64,000 nucleotides of DNA, taken from contig CAVYSY010000011.1 of NCBI GenBank assembly GCA_963771175.1, positions 32,001 through 96,000 of the forward strand, read 5' to 3'. This DNA is from an uncultured delta proteobacterium (GTDB taxonomy: Bacteria; Myxococcota; Myxococcia; Myxococcales; Myxococcaceae). The translations under genes and the position numbers were made by a program. Within the stretch, counting starts at the first letter, position 1; every line of letters starts with the position of its first letter. Under the pieces are notes generated by a model, which did no database searches, was not told where the DNA came from, and saw only the letters and a list, made by a program, of their open reading frames with translations. This document shows, piece by piece, positions 60,222 through 64,000 of the stretch.

Positions 60222-63200
60222 CTAGTAGACGAGGCGCTCGACGGTGTCGGTGGGCGTGCCGCCCGCGTCATTGGGGAAGCCGCCCGCGGCGTAGACGAAG
60301 GCGCGGAAGAGGACATTGCCGGAGAGGTAGCGCGGGCCGCCGCTCAGGTAGGACACCGAGGTGGCGTTGAGGGTGCCGTCGAAGCTGGCGCGGCGTCCGT
60401 GCACTTCGCGGGCTCTGTTCCGTCTTGCCGCAGACGAGGTTGGAGCGGAAGGCGAAGCCCGTGCCGCCCGTGGCGCCCGCCTGAAGAGGTAGTTGGCCAC
60501 GACCTCGGTCCAGCCTCCGTGCGTGCTGGCGGTGTTGTAGGTGGCCTCGGTGAAGAGGATGGGTGCGCGGGCTGGGCCACCCCGCGCTCTTCACCTGGGC
60601 CGTCTCGATGATGCCGGTACCCGTGAGCGGAGCGCCGCCCGCGTCGCCTCCCACCACGAGGAGCCAACGTCCTGGCTGTTGTCCGGCGCGGTCGGGGTGA
60701 AGGCAGTGGGGGCGGTGATCGAGTTGGCCACGGCGAGCGAGTGCCGCTGGCGCGCGTGGGAGAGGTTGCCCACGAGCCCGAAGGGGCTCAGGTCCGCGGT
60801 GTTGGCGGCGAAGGTGGCATTCTCGATGGTCGACAGGCGTCGCGCCGGTGCTGGGGCAGCGGGCTGCCCACCGGGGAGCAGAAGCCGCCGGCCACGTACA
60901 CGGTGTCGTCCACGAGCCGGGCGGCGGTGTTGCCGCGCCCCTGGTACAGGGGGCCACGCGGCTGCACCCACTTGCCGAGGGCTCCGGCGAGGCAGCGGCG
61001 CAGTCGCCGGCGGGCGTCTTCGAGCCATTGTCGGTGTACGCTCACCTCGGGCAGCGGCGAGCCCGTGCAGGCCGCGGCGGGCGCCTCGTCGAGCAGCAGC
61101 TCGCTGCCCGAGACCGCGTTGGCGTCCACGGTGCGGTAGACGCGGTAGCTTCGCGCGCACCGGGGATGCAGGTCCAGGCGAGCGTGGTGGAGCCCGCGCC
61201 CGCGGCGTCGATCGTCACCGGGTACTCGTCCGAGGGCAGTGTCTCGCCGCCGGGTTCTTGGGGTCATCGGCGGCGCGGAGGGCCGACACGCGGTAGTAGA
61301 AGGTGCCCGCGGGCAGGCTGCCGCCCGTGCCGGGGTGGGCGGCACGAGCGCGGGGGCGTCCGCCACCTGGAGCACCTGGGCGCGCTCCACGGTGTCCATC
61401 GTCGTGCCATCGGCCCGGATGCCGCCGAGGACGACGAGGTAGGAGGTATCTCCGCGGACGGTGCGCACGACGGCGGTGTGGCCGCGCCGAGGCTCGGCGG
61501 GGGCCGCGCCCACGCCCAGCGGTGAGCGCTCGAGCGTGCGGAAGGTGCAGGTGCTCCCGGTGCAGCGCCGCCGAGCTCACCGAAGAGCGTGACGGGGGCC
61601 ACCTCGACGGAGGCGAGCGCGGTGGTGCCGTTGGTGCCTCCCAGCGCGTACAGGTACGGCTGGCCGAGGTCGTCCGTGGCGACCACGAGGGGGAAGTTGG
61701 CGCGCGGTCCGGTCAGCTTCGTGGTGAGGGGCGCGACCTTGGCCGTGTCGTTCGTCGGGTTGGCGGAGGGGTTGGTGACGATGAGGCCCGAGTAGTTGGC
61801 GTACGCCGGGTTGTCCGTGTTCTGCACGCGCACCACGTAGAGGCCCTCGGAGAGGCTGAAGCCGCCGGTGGCCGCCACCTGGGTGCCGGTGGAGGTGTAC
61901 TCGACGCATTGGCCGCAGCCACGTTGGTGGCACGAGCGCGCGCAGTTCGGTGGCGGTCGGCGTGCCGGTGGCGCGTCAGGTCACACGCGCGGATGTTCTG
62001 GTTGCCGATGAGCTTGATGAGGAGCTGCACCTTGGCGTTGGCGCCGAAGTTGTTGCCCGTCACCACCAGCGGGTTGGCGGAGTCGGGCAGCCCGTTGGTG
62101 GTGATGGCGCACGGCGAGATGGAGGAGATGGCGGGCGCCGGGTTCTCCAACACGGTGAAGCCATTGGCGGCGGGCACCGTACCGGCGGCTCCGCTCGGGT
62201 CCTTCACCCGCAGCTCGTAGGGGCCGCCGGGGACGATGCCGTTGGGGCACTCCGAGGCGGTGAGGGGCAGGGCCGCGTTGCCCGAGCAGGTGGGCACCAC
62301 CGCGGTCACGGTGGTGCCGTTGACGAAGGCCGCGCGCCGCAGGGGGATTTCCACCGACTTCGTGGGGTCCGTCTTCAGCGGCGCGAAGAGGAAGATTTCA
62401 GGCGAGCCGCCGGAGAAGCTCTTCTGGTCACCGGTGGGCGCGTTGAAGAGGGTGATGGCCTGGTTCTGCCGCTGCCAGCCGAAGCGAGGGTCGATGCTGA
62501 GCGTGCCCAGGCGGACGTAGCTGATGACGAGCCCCTGGGGCAGGGTGAAGGCGCAGCCCTCGGGGTTGGTCACCACCACGTCATACGTGCCCGCGGGCGT
62601 GTTGGCGGGGATGTTCGCCGTCACCTGGGTGGTGGACGTCACCACCACGTCGGTGAGCGTCACCTCGGGAAGTCCGGTGCCACGGATGACCACCGTGGGC
62701 GCCTCGCCCGTGCGGAACGCCGTGCCCGTGAGCACCACCGGGGTGGGGGCCGTCTGGGTGAAGCCCTCCGGCGCCGTCACGCTGGTGAGCGTGGGCGGAG
62801 GCACCACGAGCAGCGAGTCGGAGAGCTGGCCGGTGGCGCCGCTCGGGTTCTTCACCTCCACCGAGTAGCTACCGGGCGCCAGCTCCGCGGCGGGCGTGGT
62901 GTCCTTCGTCGGCACGTCCAGGTTGAGCTGGCTGCCGCTCACGAAGAAGACGCGCTCGCGGGGAAGCGTGGCGGTGGAGGGCCCCTTCAGTGTCACCTCG
63001 GGCATGCCCACCTTGGGCGAGTCCGTGAGCACGTCCTGGGGCATGGGGGCGAAACCGCTTCCGGTCAGCTCCACGCGCCAGCCGGTGGCCCCTCCCTGCG
63101 CGTTGCACACGCGGGCGGGTCGGAGTTCGGGCTGACGGGGGTTGGCGGCGGCGGTGGGGGTCGGGGTCGGGCCCTCGGTGGTGCGAGAGCACGCCACGAG

Positions 63201-63233
63201 GGTAAGCAGAGCTGCTGCGACGGGTAGGCGCAA
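60222..63233 (-). CDS. Large surface lipoprotein with IPT/TIG-like and Kelch-like repeats, heavily frameshifted
   Basis: GGAGGAGG RBS, TTG start, lipobox LVAC; PAGTYDVVVTNP; LYALGG, LVVLGG, VYVAGG, VYAAGG repeats in several frames. Confidence 0.7.
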
Positions 63234-63696
63234 AGGGCTTCCTCCTCCTCGCCGATGGACCTCTCATGTCGGGTAGTGGCCACTCGCGGCGCCGTGGCGG
63301 TCATGGGGGAAGGCTGGCGAGGGCCTCGGTTGTCGCGCGAATAGGAAAGGTTTTTCCCTCCTGTCCGAGGTGCCTTCCCTCCATCCACGCCTTCCCGGGT
63401 GTTTTTTCCGGGTGTGGACTCCCTACCTCCTACTCCCTAGGACGATATCGCTCCCAAACCCTTGGAATCATGAGCGCCTTGCCCGGCTCAGGGCTTTGGC
63501 ACGACGCGTGCTGATGCATCAGGGCGCAGGACGGGGCGGTACCGCGGGATGGGGTGGGACGGGGGAGGTGGGCGGTAACGCAGGGCGCCCCGCGGCGGGG
63601 CGACGGGGATGGGGTTGGGGGCGGATGGGTCGCCCGCCGCGGGGTGGTGGGGTGGGTAGGGGCAGTAATGGGGAGCCCGTGCGGAGCCCGGCCGGA

Positions 63697-64000
63697 TCAC
63701 ACCGGCCGGGCGGTCGCATTGCGGGTGGAGAGGAAGGCCAGCATCTGCGCCTCGCCCCAGAAGGAGGGGCTGAAGGCGGTGCCGGCGACGAAGCCCACGT
63801 GGCCGCCCCGCTCGGTGACGACGAGGCTGAGCTGGGGGTTGGCCGCCACGTCCCGAGGGAGGGTGGAGGCGGGGATCATCGGATCATCCTTGGCGCTCAG
63901 CAGCAGGGTGGGGCGGCGGATGGCGTGGAGGCGGGGACCCGAGGAGGCCTCGGCGTAGTAGTGGGTGGCGTCGCGGAAGCCGTGGAGCGGGGCGGTGACG
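63697..64000 (-). CDS. YheT-family alpha/beta hydrolase, C-terminal part
   Basis: TAPLHGFRDA..YY..ASS...IRRPTLLLSAKDDPMIP...GGHVGFV. Confidence 0.85.
   Translation of the reverse strand, partial: VTAPLHGFRDATHYYAEASSGPRLHAIRRPTLLLSAKDDPMIPASTLPRDVAANPQLSLVVTERGGHVGFVAGTAFSPSFWGEAQMLAFLSTRNATARPV

Overview
High-GC myxobacterial chromosome segment (Cystobacterineae-like, inferred from SitA-type toxin, DUF2378 and XRE-family genes). About 50 protein genes and two tRNA genes (Pro-CGG, Gly-GCC) are supported. Single-base frameshifts interrupt many genes, including pyk, rpe and dusB, so most are probably sequencing/assembly indels. Left part (1-19.5 kb): deoxyhypusine-synthase-like gene, an internally deleted multicopper oxidase preceded by a Cys/His-rich leader-like ORF, ClC, ECF sigma/NrsF-like anti-sigma, desaturase, M50 protease, dusB, GH1, histone-like protein, NFACT, pyk, GAF-HD-GYP and rpe. 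Between the two convergent tRNAs (19.5-48.9 kb) lies an accessory-looking, metal-themed block: two vWA paralogues with His/acidic tails in an operon with a His-rich P1B-4 ATPase; a two-component system; an MnxG-type manganese-oxidase cluster; a PptH-like phosphoesterase; a single protein with two complete SF1 helicase cores; and a SitA5-like toxin/immunity pair. Right part: Ig-repeat and Kelch/IPT surface lipoproteins, a truncated methyltransferase, a Roadblock pair, orphan MbtH, and an XPB-like helicase with DUF790 (Bax1-like). The best candidates for an undescribed system are the vWA-pair/P1B-4 operon and the double helicase. All family calls come from motif recognition; no database search was run.
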